DNA of 64,000 nucleotides from an uncultured Candidatus Saccharibacteria bacterium (GCA_964625015.1 CAZUZI010000002.1:1899-65898), one strand, 5' to 3'. Shown: positions 1-11,199, counted from the stretch's first letter. Made by a program: numbers and translations. Notes: generated by a model not told the origin, from the sequence alone.

Positions 1-518
1 CCACTGTATCTATCCATAAGATTTTTAAGGAAATCTTTGTCCTCAAGTATATTTGCAACTCTCTGTATCTTTGTCCAATCTCTTAACTCTTCATATTTGA
101 AGAGATTAGAAATACCCCAGTATCTACAGATACCATCTATCAGAAGATATACAACAGAATCAGTTTCTTCTGAGAGTATCTGCAATATGGAATTAAGAAC
201 AGATTCTCTAGAGAACCTATCTCTAAATATACCCTGCCTTATCTCAACAGTTATTAAAGGATTTAACGAGCTACTATTTAATATTTTACTCACATACAAT
301 CTAAGTGCTTGATCTGTAGGAAATCTACCAGAAGATATATGACTCTTTTCTAAAAGTCCAAGCTCCATTAATCTTGCCATTTCATTTCTAATTGTAGCTG
401 GACTAACACCAAGCTTATGCCTTTCTACAAGCGACAGAGATCCTACCTCATCAGCACTATTCATAAATTCCTCTATGATTGCCATCAGTATTCTTTTTTG
501 TCTTTCTGTTATATCCAC
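1..518 (-). CDS. hrcA: Heat-inducible transcription repressor HrcA (N-terminal part; C-terminus lies beyond the window start)
   Basis: Manual minus-strand translation gives ...ITERQKRILMAIIEEFMNSADEVGSLSLVERHKLGVSPATIRNEMARLMELGLLEKSHISSGRFPTDQALRLYV..., matching the HrcA N-terminal winged helix (SATIRNEMA.LEELG..EK.H.SSGR.PT). Start is GTG at 518 or ATG at 485. Absent from the ORF track because it runs off the window edge. Confidence 0.8.
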   Translation of the reverse strand, partial: MDITERQKRILMAIIEEFMNSADEVGSLSLVERHKLGVSPATIRNEMARLMELGLLEKSHISSGRFPTDQALRLYVSKILNSSSLNPLITVEIRQGIFRDRFSRESVLNSILQILSEETDSVVYLLIDGICRYWGISNLFKYEELRDWTKIQRVANILEDKDFLKNLMDRYS

Positions 519-638
519 ATTAGCACTCTTAAAGATTACCTGCTAAAGTATATGGTTTAGAGCTTCTTCCGTCAAGTGATATTTGTATAAATATTTATAA
601 ACATATAAAATCGGATAATTTAATTGAGATGTTGAAAT

Positions 639-1310
639 ATGAAAAGAATACATATTGGAGTACCATTTTCAAATAGTAAACTATCACTAGCAAGGTTCAT
701 ATTTGGAGTATTTTCAATTTTCTTTTTCTCTTTTATTTCACTGTATTTTGGATTCATAAATCCTGAATATTTAGAAGAAAATCTTCGTGCTATTCTTTTG
801 GGTGCCATACTTCTTGTCCTTGGTATATGGGCAATATTTAAAAGGATAAAGAGTGAAAAGAATTCTATCATTCTCGATGACTCTGGTATTAATTTTAAAA
901 ATGACAGACAAGATATTAAATGGGAGGATATTGAATACAGTTTTTTGACTTTTGTTTTTAAGAAAGACTCAGAGGGTGAAGATATGTTTACAGCATGTCC
1001 ATTTCTCTTTCTCAAACTAAAAAACAATTATGCTCATACAGACCATATTATTAAAACAAGAAAATACAAATATCCATATATTGTAGATGAGAAATATTTT
1101 AAAGATTACATAGGTAAAACAAAAGATTTTACAATAGCGATTAATGTTGAAGATATATCAGAAAAGAGCTCAGAAGAAATGATTACCTCTCTTCCAATTA
1201 AGGTAGATTCTGTTAGACCAATAATGGAGGTCAAAACAAAAGATGAATACAACAAGAAGATATATGAATTAGTAGATCCTGGGAAACAGAAAGATTACCT
1301 TTTAGAGTAG
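639..1310 (+). CDS. Hypothetical membrane protein (two N-terminal TM helices)
   Basis: 223-aa ORF with hydrophobic N-terminal segments. It is longer and more protein-like than the overlapping antisense ORF 620..1027. Confidence 0.5.
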   Translation: MKRIHIGVPFSNSKLSLARFIFGVFSIFFFSFISLYFGFINPEYLEENLRAILLGAILLVLGIWAIFKRIKSEKNSIILDDSGINFKNDRQDIKWEDIEYSFLTFVFKKDSEGEDMFTACPFLFLKLKNNYAHTDHIIKTRKYKYPYIVDEKYFKDYIGKTKDFTIAINVEDISEKSSEEMITSLPIKVDSVRPIMEVKTKDEYNKKIYELVDPGKQKDYLLE

Positions 1311-1358
1311 CTTTTTACATTGCAAAAAGACTTTAACTCTGATATACTTTCACTCGCT

Positions 1359-1985
1359 ATGAAAAAATTAACACTACACAAAAGAGAAATTACAGGTAAG
1401 AAGGTTAGCTCTTTAAGAAGTAATAACCAAACACCTGCAGTTGTATATAACTCTAAGACAGAATCTTTTAATACAGTACTAAGCAACAGTGATGCTCAAT
1501 GGTTGTACAAAAATACTACCTCTACAACGATTTTAGATGCAGAATTAGATGGTAGATCATTTAAGTGCTTAATAAAGGATTTTGATATTAATTCTGTAAC
1601 TGGAGAAATAAATCATGTTTCAATATTTGAAATAGATGAGAATGCTGTAATGGTATTCACTATTCCATTTGAAATCATCGGAGTATCACCAGCAGTTAAG
1701 AATAACCTAGGTGTAATGGTTAACCCATTAACAGCTATGGAAGTGCACTGTAAACTTGCTGATTTAGTACCAAGTATTCAAATTGACATCTCTGGTTTAG
1801 ATCATCCAGGACAAACAATTACAGTAAGAGATATTAAACTTCCAAATGGAATCTCTCTTATCAATGACGAGATGTTAGATGCAGCAATTGTAACAATCAC
1901 AGATTTACAGAAAGTTGAAGCTGAAGTATCTACAGCAGAAGAAACAACAGAAGCAACAACAAGTACAGCAACAGAAGAGGCATAA
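1359..1985 (+). CDS. rplY: Ribosomal protein bL25 / general stress protein Ctc, with an acidic Thr/Glu-rich C-terminal tail
   Basis: MKKLTLHKREITGKKVSSLRSNNQTPAVVYNSK resembles the L25 N-terminus (MxxLxLxAExRxxxGKGAxRRLRxxGxIPAVLYG). The start was moved to the internal ATG at 1359. Confidence 0.8.
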   Translation: MKKLTLHKREITGKKVSSLRSNNQTPAVVYNSKTESFNTVLSNSDAQWLYKNTTSTTILDAELDGRSFKCLIKDFDINSVTGEINHVSIFEIDENAVMVFTIPFEIIGVSPAVKNNLGVMVNPLTAMEVHCKLADLVPSIQIDISGLDHPGQTITVRDIKLPNGISLINDEMLDAAIVTITDLQKVEAEVSTAEETTEATTSTATEEA

Positions 1986-2009
1986 GGATTCATATGATAT
2001 AAAAATGAA

Positions 2010-2033
2010 GGGAGAGTATCTCCCTTTTTTTTT
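2010..2033 (+). terminator. Rho-independent terminator after rplY
   Basis: gggagagtatctccc forms a 6-bp stem with a 3-nt loop and is followed by a run of 9 T. Confidence 0.6.
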
Positions 2034-2058
2034 GTATACACAGCATATATAATCAGGC

Positions 2059-2997
2059 ATGATATCAGTAATAATTACATCTTGGAAAGAACCTAAAACA
2101 ATTGGTAAATGTATCAAATGCATAGCAGATTCTAGATATTCTGGCATAACTAAACCTTTTGAGATCTTACAACTATCTCCTGATACAGAGACACTAGACG
2201 CAGGCAAACAAGCAGCGAAAGAACTAGGACTATCTAATACAGAATATATTCAAATTCAAGATCCACGCAAAGGGAAACCATATGCACTTAAGCTTGCTAT
2301 AAAGGAAGCGAAGGGTGATATTCTAATATTCACAGATGGAGATACATATTTTGGTAGAGATTCAGTTAAATACCTATTAGAACCATTTGAAGATGAAATG
2401 GTTGGAGGAGTTAGTGGAAGACCTGTTTCTATGGACAGTAGAGAAGATATGTTTGGATATTGGGGTCATCTCCTTTCTGATGCTGCCCATGACAGAAGGA
2501 TAAGCACCATTAACAATAGGAAGGGTAGTTACTATATAAGTGGTAAAACTTTTTTCCCAATGAGTGGGTATATTATGGCTACTAGAAAATATTATTTTGA
2601 TATTCCACAGAATATTCTTTCTGACGATGCATATATTTCCTACTTTATTAGAAATATTGGCAAAGAGATTGCATATTCACCGAATGCCAAATCATATGTA
2701 AAGTACCCTACTAACTTAAATGACTATTACAAACAGAAGGTTAGATCTTTAGGTGGTTTTACACAATTAGAAAGACTTGGAGTGTTTAAGAAAGATAAAC
2801 AGAGTAGAAATTTCTTTATTGAACTTGCGTATACATTCTTTGCACTTAGATATGCAAAGAGTATAAAGGAGTTCACATGGTCTATACTACTATTTCCAGT
2901 TAGACTAATTACATGGATAAGGATATTTTGGGAAAGAGTAATACTCAGAAGAGAAATGGGAAAGAAAGGTTGGGAAAGGATAGAGAGTACTAAATAA
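2059..2997 (+). CDS. Glycosyltransferase family 2 protein
   Basis: GT-A fold signatures, including the DxD-like FTDGD motif; 312 aa. Confidence 0.75.
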   Translation: MISVIITSWKEPKTIGKCIKCIADSRYSGITKPFEILQLSPDTETLDAGKQAAKELGLSNTEYIQIQDPRKGKPYALKLAIKEAKGDILIFTDGDTYFGRDSVKYLLEPFEDEMVGGVSGRPVSMDSREDMFGYWGHLLSDAAHDRRISTINNRKGSYYISGKTFFPMSGYIMATRKYYFDIPQNILSDDAYISYFIRNIGKEIAYSPNAKSYVKYPTNLNDYYKQKVRSLGGFTQLERLGVFKKDKQSRNFFIELAYTFFALRYAKSIKEFTWSILLFPVRLITWIRIFWERVILRREMGKKGWERIESTK

Positions 2998-3016
2998 AAA
3001 GGCACCTTGCGGTGCC
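2991..3016 (-). terminator. Rho-independent terminator for the rpoBC-rpsLG transcript (minus strand); partially bidirectional with the GT2 gene
   Basis: ggcacc ttgc ggtgcc hairpin. On the minus strand it is followed by TTTTTATTTA. Confidence 0.55.
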
Positions 3017-3040
3017 CTTCCATTCACTATAGTAGCAAGA

Positions 3041-3508
3041 TTACCATCTGAAATGTGCAAATGCTTTATTAGCTTCTGCCATTCTTTCAACATCTACCTT
3101 CTTCTTTACAGCATCTCCCTCTCCATTAAATGCATTTACGAATTCTATTTCTAAAAGTTTGTCAAAAGATTTACCTGTCTTTGATCTAGCATAATCAACT
3201 AACCATCTAACTGCTAATGTCTCTTGTCTTCTTGGACTTACTGGAACAGGAACCTGATAGTTTGCACCTCCAACTCTTCTTGATTTAATTTCAAGACCAG
3301 GTCTTATATTATCAATTGCTGTATGTACAAACTCTATAACAGGAGTTTTACTCTTGTCTGCACCTGATTCAATTGCAGTATATACAAGATTCTCTGCAAG
3401 GGATTTCTTACCACCCTGCATTACTTTATTAATAAGTCTTCCAATGACTTCGTCATTGTATTTTCTATCTTTTGCAATTGTTCTTTTCTTTGCTCTTTTA
3501 CCTCTCAT
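3041..3508 (-). CDS. rpsG: 30S ribosomal protein S7
   Basis: 155 aa with strong S7 similarity (RRVGGANYQVPVPV, AVRWLVDYAR). Confidence 0.95.
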   Translation of the reverse strand: MRGKRAKKRTIAKDRKYNDEVIGRLINKVMQGGKKSLAENLVYTAIESGADKSKTPVIEFVHTAIDNIRPGLEIKSRRVGGANYQVPVPVSPRRQETLAVRWLVDYARSKTGKSFDKLLEIEFVNAFNGEGDAVKKKVDVERMAEANKAFAHFRW

Positions 3509-3526
3509 TCATTTCTAAACTAAATA

Positions 3527-3943
3527 TTATTGATTTTCAGGTCTCTTAGCTCCATACTTGGATCTAGCCTTTTTTCTATCTTTCACACCTGCAGTATCAT
3601 ACTTACCTCTTACAATAATGTACTTTACACCTGGTAAGTCTCTCTTTCTACCTGCTTTTACCATTACTACAGAGTGCTCCTGAAGGTTATGACCCTCTCC
3701 AGGAATATATGCAGTTACTTCCATTCCATTAGAAAGTCTTACTCTAGCTACTTTACGAAGTGCAGAGTTAGGTTTCTTTGGTGTCATGGTTTTAACTTGC
3801 AAAGCAACACCCCTCTTAAAAGGACTGTTTACTTTCTTGTATCTGTTCTTCAATGGATTGAAGTTTGTAGCTAAGGCAATATGTGATACCTTGGCTCTCT
3901 TAGATACTCTTGGTTTTCTTACTAATTGGTTAATCGTTGGCAT
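3527..3943 (-). CDS. rpsL: 30S ribosomal protein S12
   Basis: [12 protein letters not shown]...[19 protein letters not shown]...; canonical S12. Confidence 0.96.
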   Translation of the reverse strand: MPTINQLVRKPRVSKRAKVSHIALATNFNPLKNRYKKVNSPFKRGVALQVKTMTPKKPNSALRKVARVRLSNGMEVTAYIPGEGHNLQEHSVVMVKAGRKRDLPGVKYIIVRGKYDTAGVKDRKKARSKYGAKRPENQ

Positions 3944-3968
3944 GGTTCGTATTATACAACAAAATCAA

Positions 3969-6900
3969 TTAAAACTTAATCTCTTCGAGACTATTTATAT
4001 TTTTTACTTCAGCATCATCTCCTGAAGGAATTCTTCTACCGATGATTACATTCTCTTTCATACCTCTTAGGTAGTCTGTCTTTCCAAGTATTGCAGAATT
4101 GGTTAATACTCTTACCTGCTCTTGGAATGACATTGCTGAAAGGAAGCTTTCAGTATGTAAAGCGGAAGCCTTGATACCAAGTAATTTTGGCTGTACAAGA
4201 GTCTTTCTCTTTCCATCTTCAAGAAGATTCCTATTCTTCTGGTCAGCAATAAATCTATTTACAAGAGATCCTACTAAGTAGTCACTATCACCACTTTCCT
4301 GTACTCTTCCTAATCTTGCCATCTGTCTAATGATAATTTCAATATGAATATCACCAATAGAGACACCCTGCTCATTGAATACCTTTTGAACTTGATCCAA
4401 TATATATTTCTGAGCTCTTAGTATACTTGAAGCTTCTGCTAATCTCTTAGGGTCAATTGATCCCTCAGTTATTTGATCTCCAGATACAACAGTATCACCA
4501 TCATTTACTAAGATAGGGACATTTGGAAGTACAGAAATTATTTCTTCTCCCTTTATATTGCCGGAAAGTGTAAGTATTCCTCCCTCTAATTTTGCTACAC
4601 TATCAAATGGAGCTTGTTTTTCCATCTCATCTGCATCGATAAAGATTGCTTGGCCACCCTTTACTTGAGCACCATCCGAAACAAGAATACTCTTTGCGTC
4701 AGATACTACATACTCTCTTGTGAGTGCCTTCTCTCCAACGATAGTTACTGTTGCAGAATCATCCTCTGCTCTATCAATATGTACTTTACCAGAGATAGAT
4801 GCAATCTCTGCTTCTGCTTTTGGAGATCTTGCTTCAAACAGCTCTTCAATTCTTGGTAAACCTTGAGTAATGTCTGTTGCTTGTACACCTCCCTTATGGA
4901 AAGTCTGCATTGTCATCTGAGTACCTGGCTCACCAATACTTTGAGCTGCAATTACTCCAACCGCCTTACCCATATCTATCTCTGCTCCGTTCTCAAGATT
5001 TAGACCGTAACATTTCTTACAAATTCCCAAAGGAGCATTACATAGTATAGGGGTTCTAACTGCAACCTCATCTATTCCATTGTTATCTATCTTTTCTGCA
5101 ATATCTCTCGTAATATATTCACCCTTTGAAACGATTACCTCACCCTTAGAGTCAACAATATCTTTTGCAACAACTCTACCGAAGAGTCTTGCATCATACT
5201 CTAATCTCCTATCATCACTTCTCTTTACTAATATTCCATCACCATCATATCCACAATCATCGAATCTTACGATTACATCATGAGCAACATCTACAAGCTT
5301 TCTTGTTAAATATCCAGAGGATGATGTTCTTAATGATCTGTCTGCAATACCTTTTCTTCCACCGTTTGCTGCTACAAAGTACTCGAATGCACTTAATCCA
5401 TCACGATAGTTACCCTTAATTGGAAGTGGTACCCAGTTTCCTCTAGAGTCTCTAACAACACCCTTGATTGTTAATACCTGTCTTGCCTGAATCTTTCCAC
5501 CATTTGCTTTAGACTCTACCATTTCATATACAGAGTTATTCTTGTCTAATGTTTTCCAAGCTTCTTCTGCAATATCATTTGCGAAATCATTCCACATATC
5601 TGTAGAAAGATTAATCTTCTCTTTTTCAGTAATTAAACCTTGTAAGTAGTTTTCCTGAAGTTGAAGATCCTTCTTCTCTATCTCTTTAATACTTGAGTCT
5701 ACATCGAAATCGATATTACAATCTTCAATTGCGAATGAGAATCCTAGATCTGTCGCATAGTTGAATCCCATTAACTTTAGACTATCAAGAAGCTCTACTA
5801 CTGTATCTAATGAGTACCTATCCTTTATATCTTCAACAATATTAGATACTGTACCACCACTTACTCTTTCATTAATAAAGCGGTATCCCTCTGGAAGAGC
5901 AGTATTGAATATACATCTTCCAACACATGTTTTAATTATTTCATCACCAATCTTAACAAGTATTTGCTCATTAATATCTATTACACCTCTTTCATATGCC
6001 TTTATTGCTAAAGCTGTGGATCCAAACATTCTTGGATTTTCTACTTCGTTGAGATCAGTCATCATGTAGAAACCTATCAACATATCCTTTGCAGGGGTTG
6101 CAAGAACCTGTCCATTAGATATATTAACAATATTCTTTGATGCCATAACCTCCTTCTTAGCTTCTTCTAGAGCTTCTTTTGTAAGAAGTAGATGTACAGA
6201 CATCTGGTCTCCATCGAAGTCTGCATTAAATGCTTTACATACTAATGGATGTAACCTAATAGCGTCTCCCTCTACAAGTCTTGGGAAGAATCCCTGGATA
6301 CTATATTTATGCAGTGTAGGAGCACGGTTAAGTAATACTGGCTTTCCATCTATTACTTTCTCAAGTAAGTCCCAGATTACATCTTGCTCTTCCTCTATTA
6401 TATCTTTTGCTACTCTAACATTAGGAGCGATCTCTTGTTCTAACAACTGATTAATTACAAAAGGTTTGAACATTTCTAATGCAATACTCTTTGGAAGACC
6501 ACACTGATCTAATTTTAGACTTGGATCTCCAACGATAACAGCACGACCTGAGTAGTCAACACGCTTTCCGAGAAGATTCTTTCTAAAGATACCCTTCTTT
6601 CCTCTTAAATCGTCAGTTAAGGATTGATATGGTAATCTCTTGTTATTCATCATTGGCTTACTTGGCCTATGAGAGTTATCAATAACAGCATCTACTGATT
6701 CCTGAAGCATTCTCTTTTCATTCCTTAGGATTACGTCAGGTGCTCCAATTTCTATTAATCTTGCTAAACGATTATTTCTGTTAATTATTCTCCTATACAA
6801 ATCATTTAGATCTGATGTAGCAAATTTACCACCAGAAATAGGGATAATTGGTCTTAAATCAGGAGGAAGTACTGGTAATATATCCATTACCATCCAACTT

Positions 6901-7850
6901 GGATCGATCTTGTTTAATTTGAATCCCTCAAGATACTGTATTCTTCTGATAGTTGCTGCTTTCTTATCACCCTTTTCTTTCTTTGCTTTAGCTTTAAGAC
7001 TCTTAAGCACTGCCTCTATATCAAGGTTTTCAAGCAATTTCTTGACAGCTTCTGCACCCATCATTGCTTCAAAGAAGAGAAGATCTCTATCCGAGAGGTC
7101 TATATATTCATCCTCTGTAAGAACAGATCCAACTTCTACCTTTTCTACTATCTGAGTTAATCTAGTATAGAATGCATCTATTTCCTCTTGTCTTTGTGCA
7201 TACTCTCTCCTTGTCTTAGCTAAAGTCTGCTTCTTCTTATGATCAACTTGATTTATTTCGAAGTCTGATGCTTTTTTATCCTTCTTAAGATCTTTTAACT
7301 CTTTCTCAAACATCTCTTCTGTTACCTTTAGATCCTCATCCATCTCCTTGAGAAGATCCTCTGTTTCTGTCTTTCTTATATCCTCAATCTTTACAAGTGC
7401 ATCTTTTCTCTTCTCTGGTTCTAAGGTTACTACCATATATCTTGTATAATATATGACAGAAAGAAGTTTCTTATGAGACATATCTAAAACGATGGACATC
7501 TTGTTAGGAATACCGTATGCAAACCAAACATGTGCGACAGGTACTGCTAACTTTATATGCCCCATTCTCTCTCTTCTTACATCCTTTGTTGTAACCTCTA
7601 CACCACACTTATCACAAACGATACCCTTATATCTGATCTTCTTATATTTACCACAGTAACATTCATAGTTTTTTGTAGGACCAAAAATCTTCTCACAGAA
7701 AAGACCATCTGGTTCTGCTCTAAATGTTCTATAGTTGATAGTTTCAGCCTTTGTAATCTCACCGTATGACCAATCTAATACTTGATCAGGAGAAGCCAAT
7801 GTCAACTTTACTGCATCAAAATCTTCAAATATGTTTCTCTTGTTATTCAT
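3969..7850 (-). CDS. rpoC: DNA-directed RNA polymerase subunit beta'
   Basis: 1293 aa; zinc-binding CX2C...CX2C near the N-terminus; NADFDGD catalytic motif. Confidence 0.97.
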   Translation of the reverse strand: MNNKRNIFEDFDAVKLTLASPDQVLDWSYGEITKAETINYRTFRAEPDGLFCEKIFGPTKNYECYCGKYKKIRYKGIVCDKCGVEVTTKDVRRERMGHIKLAVPVAHVWFAYGIPNKMSIVLDMSHKKLLSVIYYTRYMVVTLEPEKRKDALVKIEDIRKTETEDLLKEMDEDLKVTEEMFEKELKDLKKDKKASDFEINQVDHKKKQTLAKTRREYAQRQEEIDAFYTRLTQIVEKVEVGSVLTEDEYIDLSDRDLLFFEAMMGAEAVKKLLENLDIEAVLKSLKAKAKKEKGDKKAATIRRIQYLEGFKLNKIDPSWMVMDILPVLPPDLRPIIPISGGKFATSDLNDLYRRIINRNNRLARLIEIGAPDVILRNEKRMLQESVDAVIDNSHRPSKPMMNNKRLPYQSLTDDLRGKKGIFRKNLLGKRVDYSGRAVIVGDPSLKLDQCGLPKSIALEMFKPFVINQLLEQEIAPNVRVAKDIIEEEQDVIWDLLEKVIDGKPVLLNRAPTLHKYSIQGFFPRLVEGDAIRLHPLVCKAFNADFDGDQMSVHLLLTKEALEEAKKEVMASKNIVNISNGQVLATPAKDMLIGFYMMTDLNEVENPRMFGSTALAIKAYERGVIDINEQILVKIGDEIIKTCVGRCIFNTALPEGYRFINERVSGGTVSNIVEDIKDRYSLDTVVELLDSLKLMGFNYATDLGFSFAIEDCNIDFDVDSSIKEIEKKDLQLQENYLQGLITEKEKINLSTDMWNDFANDIAEEAWKTLDKNNSVYEMVESKANGGKIQARQVLTIKGVVRDSRGNWVPLPIKGNYRDGLSAFEYFVAANGGRKGIADRSLRTSSSGYLTRKLVDVAHDVIVRFDDCGYDGDGILVKRSDDRRLEYDARLFGRVVAKDIVDSKGEVIVSKGEYITRDIAEKIDNNGIDEVAVRTPILCNAPLGICKKCYGLNLENGAEIDMGKAVGVIAAQSIGEPGTQMTMQTFHKGGVQATDITQGLPRIEELFEARSPKAEAEIASISGKVHIDRAEDDSATVTIVGEKALTREYVVSDAKSILVSDGAQVKGGQAIFIDADEMEKQAPFDSVAKLEGGILTLSGNIKGEEIISVLPNVPILVNDGDTVVSGDQITEGSIDPKRLAEASSILRAQKYILDQVQKVFNEQGVSIGDIHIEIIIRQMARLGRVQESGDSDYLVGSLVNRFIADQKNRNLLEDGKRKTLVQPKLLGIKASALHTESFLSAMSFQEQVRVLTNSAILGKTDYLRGMKENVIIGRRIPSGDDAEVKNINSLEEIKF

Positions 7851-10800
7851 TTTCTACAACCTCCTCAGATTTTGTATTAGAAATTAAATCCATATTTAAA
7901 CATAGCGCATTCAATTCTTTAATAAGGACTTTGAATGATTCTGGAACATTTACACTCTCTATCTTTTCACCATGAATGATAGCCTTGTATGCACTAGATC
8001 TTCCTTTTACATCATCAGATTTGATTGTTAACATCTCCTGTAATGTATAAGGGGCTCCATGTGCTTCAAGTGCCCATACTTCCATTTCTCCAAATCTTTG
8101 ACCACCTCTTTGTGCTTTTCCACCTAGAGGCTGCTGTGTTACAGCTGTGTATGGTCCTGTTGATCTAGCATGAACTTTCTCATCAGCGATATGATGTAGT
8201 TTAAGTGTATACTTGATACCAACAGTTACTTTTCTTGGGAACTTCTTTCCTGTTCTTCCATCATACAAGTCAACTTTCTGTTCAATCTTGAATCCGTTAT
8301 CTTTCATTTCTTTTTCTAACCACTCCATATTTACACCTTCAAAGAGTGGGAATGAGAATTTTTCATTTAGAAGTTTTGCGTACATACCGAAGTGTACTTC
8401 TTCTGCCTGTCCCATATTCATTCTCTTAAGGAATGTTGGTGTTAATACAATGTCTACTGGTTCTCCATCTGCAGTGAAAGGCATATCTTCAATAGGTCTT
8501 ATAGCTGCAATGGTATTTTTGTCTCCATGTCTTCCAGAGATTTTGTCTCCATATCCTAATTTCTTTGTATCAGCAACCCAAACCTTTACCTCTTCTAATA
8601 CTCCAGGTGGTAATTTATCACCTTTGCTAGCTGCAAGTCTCTGCGTATGAATAACGATACCTTCTTCTCCATGTGGAAGTCTTAGTGAGTTATCTCTTAC
8701 ATCACTTGCAGATTCTCCAAAGATCGCCCTTAAGAGTCTTTCCTCTGCAGTTAGTTCTTTTTCACCTCTTGGTGCGATTACTCCGACTAGTATATCTCCT
8801 GCTTTTACCTTCATACCTTCTCTGATTATTCCTGCCATATCCAACTTTTGAAGAATCCTATCACTTACATGTGGGATATCTGCAGTTATTACCTCTGGTC
8901 CTAATTCGGTATCTCTTACCTCAACCTTATGCTCCCTGATATGTACTGATGTAAGTAAATCGTCTCTTACAACTCTTTCGCTAATTACAACAGCATCTTC
9001 ATAGTTATATCCCTCATAGAACATGAGAGCAGCTCTTAAGTTTGTACCAATTGCTAACTCACCATTAACAGAAGTTGGACCGTCAACCAAAACATCACCC
9101 TTCTTAAATTTCTGATCAGGCTCAACTGCAGGCTTCTGTGTAAATGATGTATTGTCATTAGATCTATAGAAAGTTACAAGTTTATAATCCTTTATGCCTG
9201 ATTTTGCATATTTTACAGTTACTTTCCCAGCATCAACATATTCAACAATACCATCTTCCTGAGCAAATACACACCAGTTACTCTGCCTTGCAACAACCTC
9301 TTCTACACCAGTTCCAACTAAAGGAGCTTCTTGCTTTATTAGAGGAACGCCCTGCCTCTGCATATTTGCACCTGCTAATGCACGCATAGCGTCATCGTGA
9401 GATACAAATGGGATAAGGGCCATACCTAAACCTGCTTGCTGGTATGTCAATACATCTGCATGTGTTACAAGATTTACATCTTCTAATACAAAATCTCCCT
9501 GATGTCTTACAGGTACAAATGCCTCTGTTATATTTCTGTCTTCATCTGTTTCAATTGAAGAAATACTAATATATTTATCCTCTTCATCAAGTGAATCAAG
9601 ATAGTCAACACTGTCAGAAATAAATGGCACTACCTTAACGGTTTTAATTTCCTTCTGTGCAGAAATTTTCTCAGACATCTCTTTTGTAATCTTTTGACCT
9701 TTCTTTCCAATACCAGGAATATTTTCATTCAATATCCTATTTACTAATTCTCCCTTTACATTTTTTACCTCATTTAAAACCTTTGTATATGGAGATTCTA
9801 AGAATCCGAATTCATTTATTCTTGCAAGAACAGCTAACTGTGTAACAACACCAATATTAGCACTTTCAGGACTGGTTACAGGGTCGAACTTTGCATACTG
9901 AGAGTTATGAACCTCACGAATACTAAATGTTGCTCTCTCCTTTACGATACCACCAGGACCTGCAGCAGTAACTTTCCTCTTATTCTCTAGCTCAGCCAAT
10001 ATGTTAGTCTGATCCATGAATGTAGAGAGCTGATTTGCTCCAAAGAATGATTGAATAGATGCTGCAATTGGCTTTGTACCAACAAGCATAGAAGGTGTTA
10101 CCTTTGCATCTTGTCCATACAAACTCATCTTATCTTTGATATTCTTCTCTAATCTTCTTACACCTGCTAATAGCTGTCTCTCTAATACCTCACCAACGCT
10201 CCTTATTCTTCTGTTACATAGGTGATCTATATCATCAGATGCTTCAACACCATTATTAATCTTGATTAACTTCTTAACAATTCTAATTATATCGTCAGGA
10301 TACAAAACAGCTTCATCAGGATTATTTACATCATATGATGTTCCTAACTTTCTATTTAATTGATATCTACCAATCTTACCTAAATCAAATTTTCTCTTGT
10401 TAAAGAAATTACTCTTAATATATTTCTCTGCACTATCCAATGTTACTGACTCATCAGGTCTTAATTTGTTGTAAATACTGATGATTGCATCTTCTTTACT
10501 CTTAGTAAAATCCCTAGCAAGTGTTGCCTCTATATATTTGTACTCTTCATGTGTATCAACATCCTTGAAAAGCTTAAGTATTTCTTGATCACTTTCATAT
10601 CCGAGAACTCTTAAGAATTCAGTAATGAGAACTCTTGGTCTCTTTGGAAGGATACGCATGGAAATTACATTGTATTTGTTTACCTCAATTTCATACCATG
10701 GACCTCTACCAGGCATGAGCCTTGCTTTGTGAAGTGTTCTGTAAGGAAGAGAATCCGCATCTTCAAAAAGTACACCCTCTGCTCTAACAATCTGGTGAGT

Positions 10801-11199
10801 TACAACTCTTCTTACACCGTTTACAACAAATGCACCATCATCTGTCATCATAGGGAGATCTGCAACAAATATTTCTTGCTCCTTTATTTCACCAGTCTTG
10901 TTGTTTAGGAGCTGTACTGTTGCATATACTGGCAATTCATATGAGAGTCCCTTTGCAATTGCCTCTTCTATACCTCTGTAAGGCTCTCCATATCTAAAAG
11001 ATTTAAATTCAAGAGTCCACATCCTTTCCATAGTATCCTTAACAGGATTAATTTCTTCGAGAAGTCGCATAAAGCCATTCTCATAGAAATCCTTAAAAGA
11101 GGTCTTTTGAGCTTCAATCAGACTTGGAACTTCAAATGTGGAGGAATATCCTTTTCCGAGATTGACTCTGGAAGCTCTGTTACGCTTGGGCTCTACCAT
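7843..11199 (-). CDS. rpoB: DNA-directed RNA polymerase subunit beta
   Basis: 1118 aa with conserved beta-subunit blocks; overlaps the rpoC start by 8 nt. Confidence 0.97.
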   Translation of the reverse strand: MVEPKRNRASRVNLGKGYSSTFEVPSLIEAQKTSFKDFYENGFMRLLEEINPVKDTMERMWTLEFKSFRYGEPYRGIEEAIAKGLSYELPVYATVQLLNNKTGEIKEQEIFVADLPMMTDDGAFVVNGVRRVVTHQIVRAEGVLFEDADSLPYRTLHKARLMPGRGPWYEIEVNKYNVISMRILPKRPRVLITEFLRVLGYESDQEILKLFKDVDTHEEYKYIEATLARDFTKSKEDAIISIYNKLRPDESVTLDSAEKYIKSNFFNKRKFDLGKIGRYQLNRKLGTSYDVNNPDEAVLYPDDIIRIVKKLIKINNGVEASDDIDHLCNRRIRSVGEVLERQLLAGVRRLEKNIKDKMSLYGQDAKVTPSMLVGTKPIAASIQSFFGANQLSTFMDQTNILAELENKRKVTAAGPGGIVKERATFSIREVHNSQYAKFDPVTSPESANIGVVTQLAVLARINEFGFLESPYTKVLNEVKNVKGELVNRILNENIPGIGKKGQKITKEMSEKISAQKEIKTVKVVPFISDSVDYLDSLDEEDKYISISSIETDEDRNITEAFVPVRHQGDFVLEDVNLVTHADVLTYQQAGLGMALIPFVSHDDAMRALAGANMQRQGVPLIKQEAPLVGTGVEEVVARQSNWCVFAQEDGIVEYVDAGKVTVKYAKSGIKDYKLVTFYRSNDNTSFTQKPAVEPDQKFKKGDVLVDGPTSVNGELAIGTNLRAALMFYEGYNYEDAVVISERVVRDDLLTSVHIREHKVEVRDTELGPEVITADIPHVSDRILQKLDMAGIIREGMKVKAGDILVGVIAPRGEKELTAEERLLRAIFGESASDVRDNSLRLPHGEEGIVIHTQRLAASKGDKLPPGVLEEVKVWVADTKKLGYGDKISGRHGDKNTIAAIRPIEDMPFTADGEPVDIVLTPTFLKRMNMGQAEEVHFGMYAKLLNEKFSFPLFEGVNMEWLEKEMKDNGFKIEQKVDLYDGRTGKKFPRKVTVGIKYTLKLHHIADEKVHARSTGPYTAVTQQPLGGKAQRGGQRFGEMEVWALEAHGAPYTLQEMLTIKSDDVKGRSSAYKAIIHGEKIESVNVPESFKVLIKELNALCLNMDLISNTKSEEVVENE

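Noticed and set aside
37-312. 91-aa plus-strand ORF at the window start
   Set aside because: It lies antisense to a clear HrcA coding sequence on the minus strand (1..518) and its composition is poor.
620-1027. 135-aa minus-strand ORF
   Set aside because: It overlaps the longer, more protein-like plus-strand membrane-protein ORF 639..1310 and is probably antisense noise.
1905-2207. Minus-strand ORF with a CCCTCCCFCC Cys-rich tail
   Set aside because: It is antisense to the acidic T/E-rich tail of bL25 and its terminator; a low-complexity artefact.
5165-5419. His-rich plus-strand ORF (HHHHIHNH...) inside rpoC
   Set aside because: It is antisense to a well-supported rpoC coding region.
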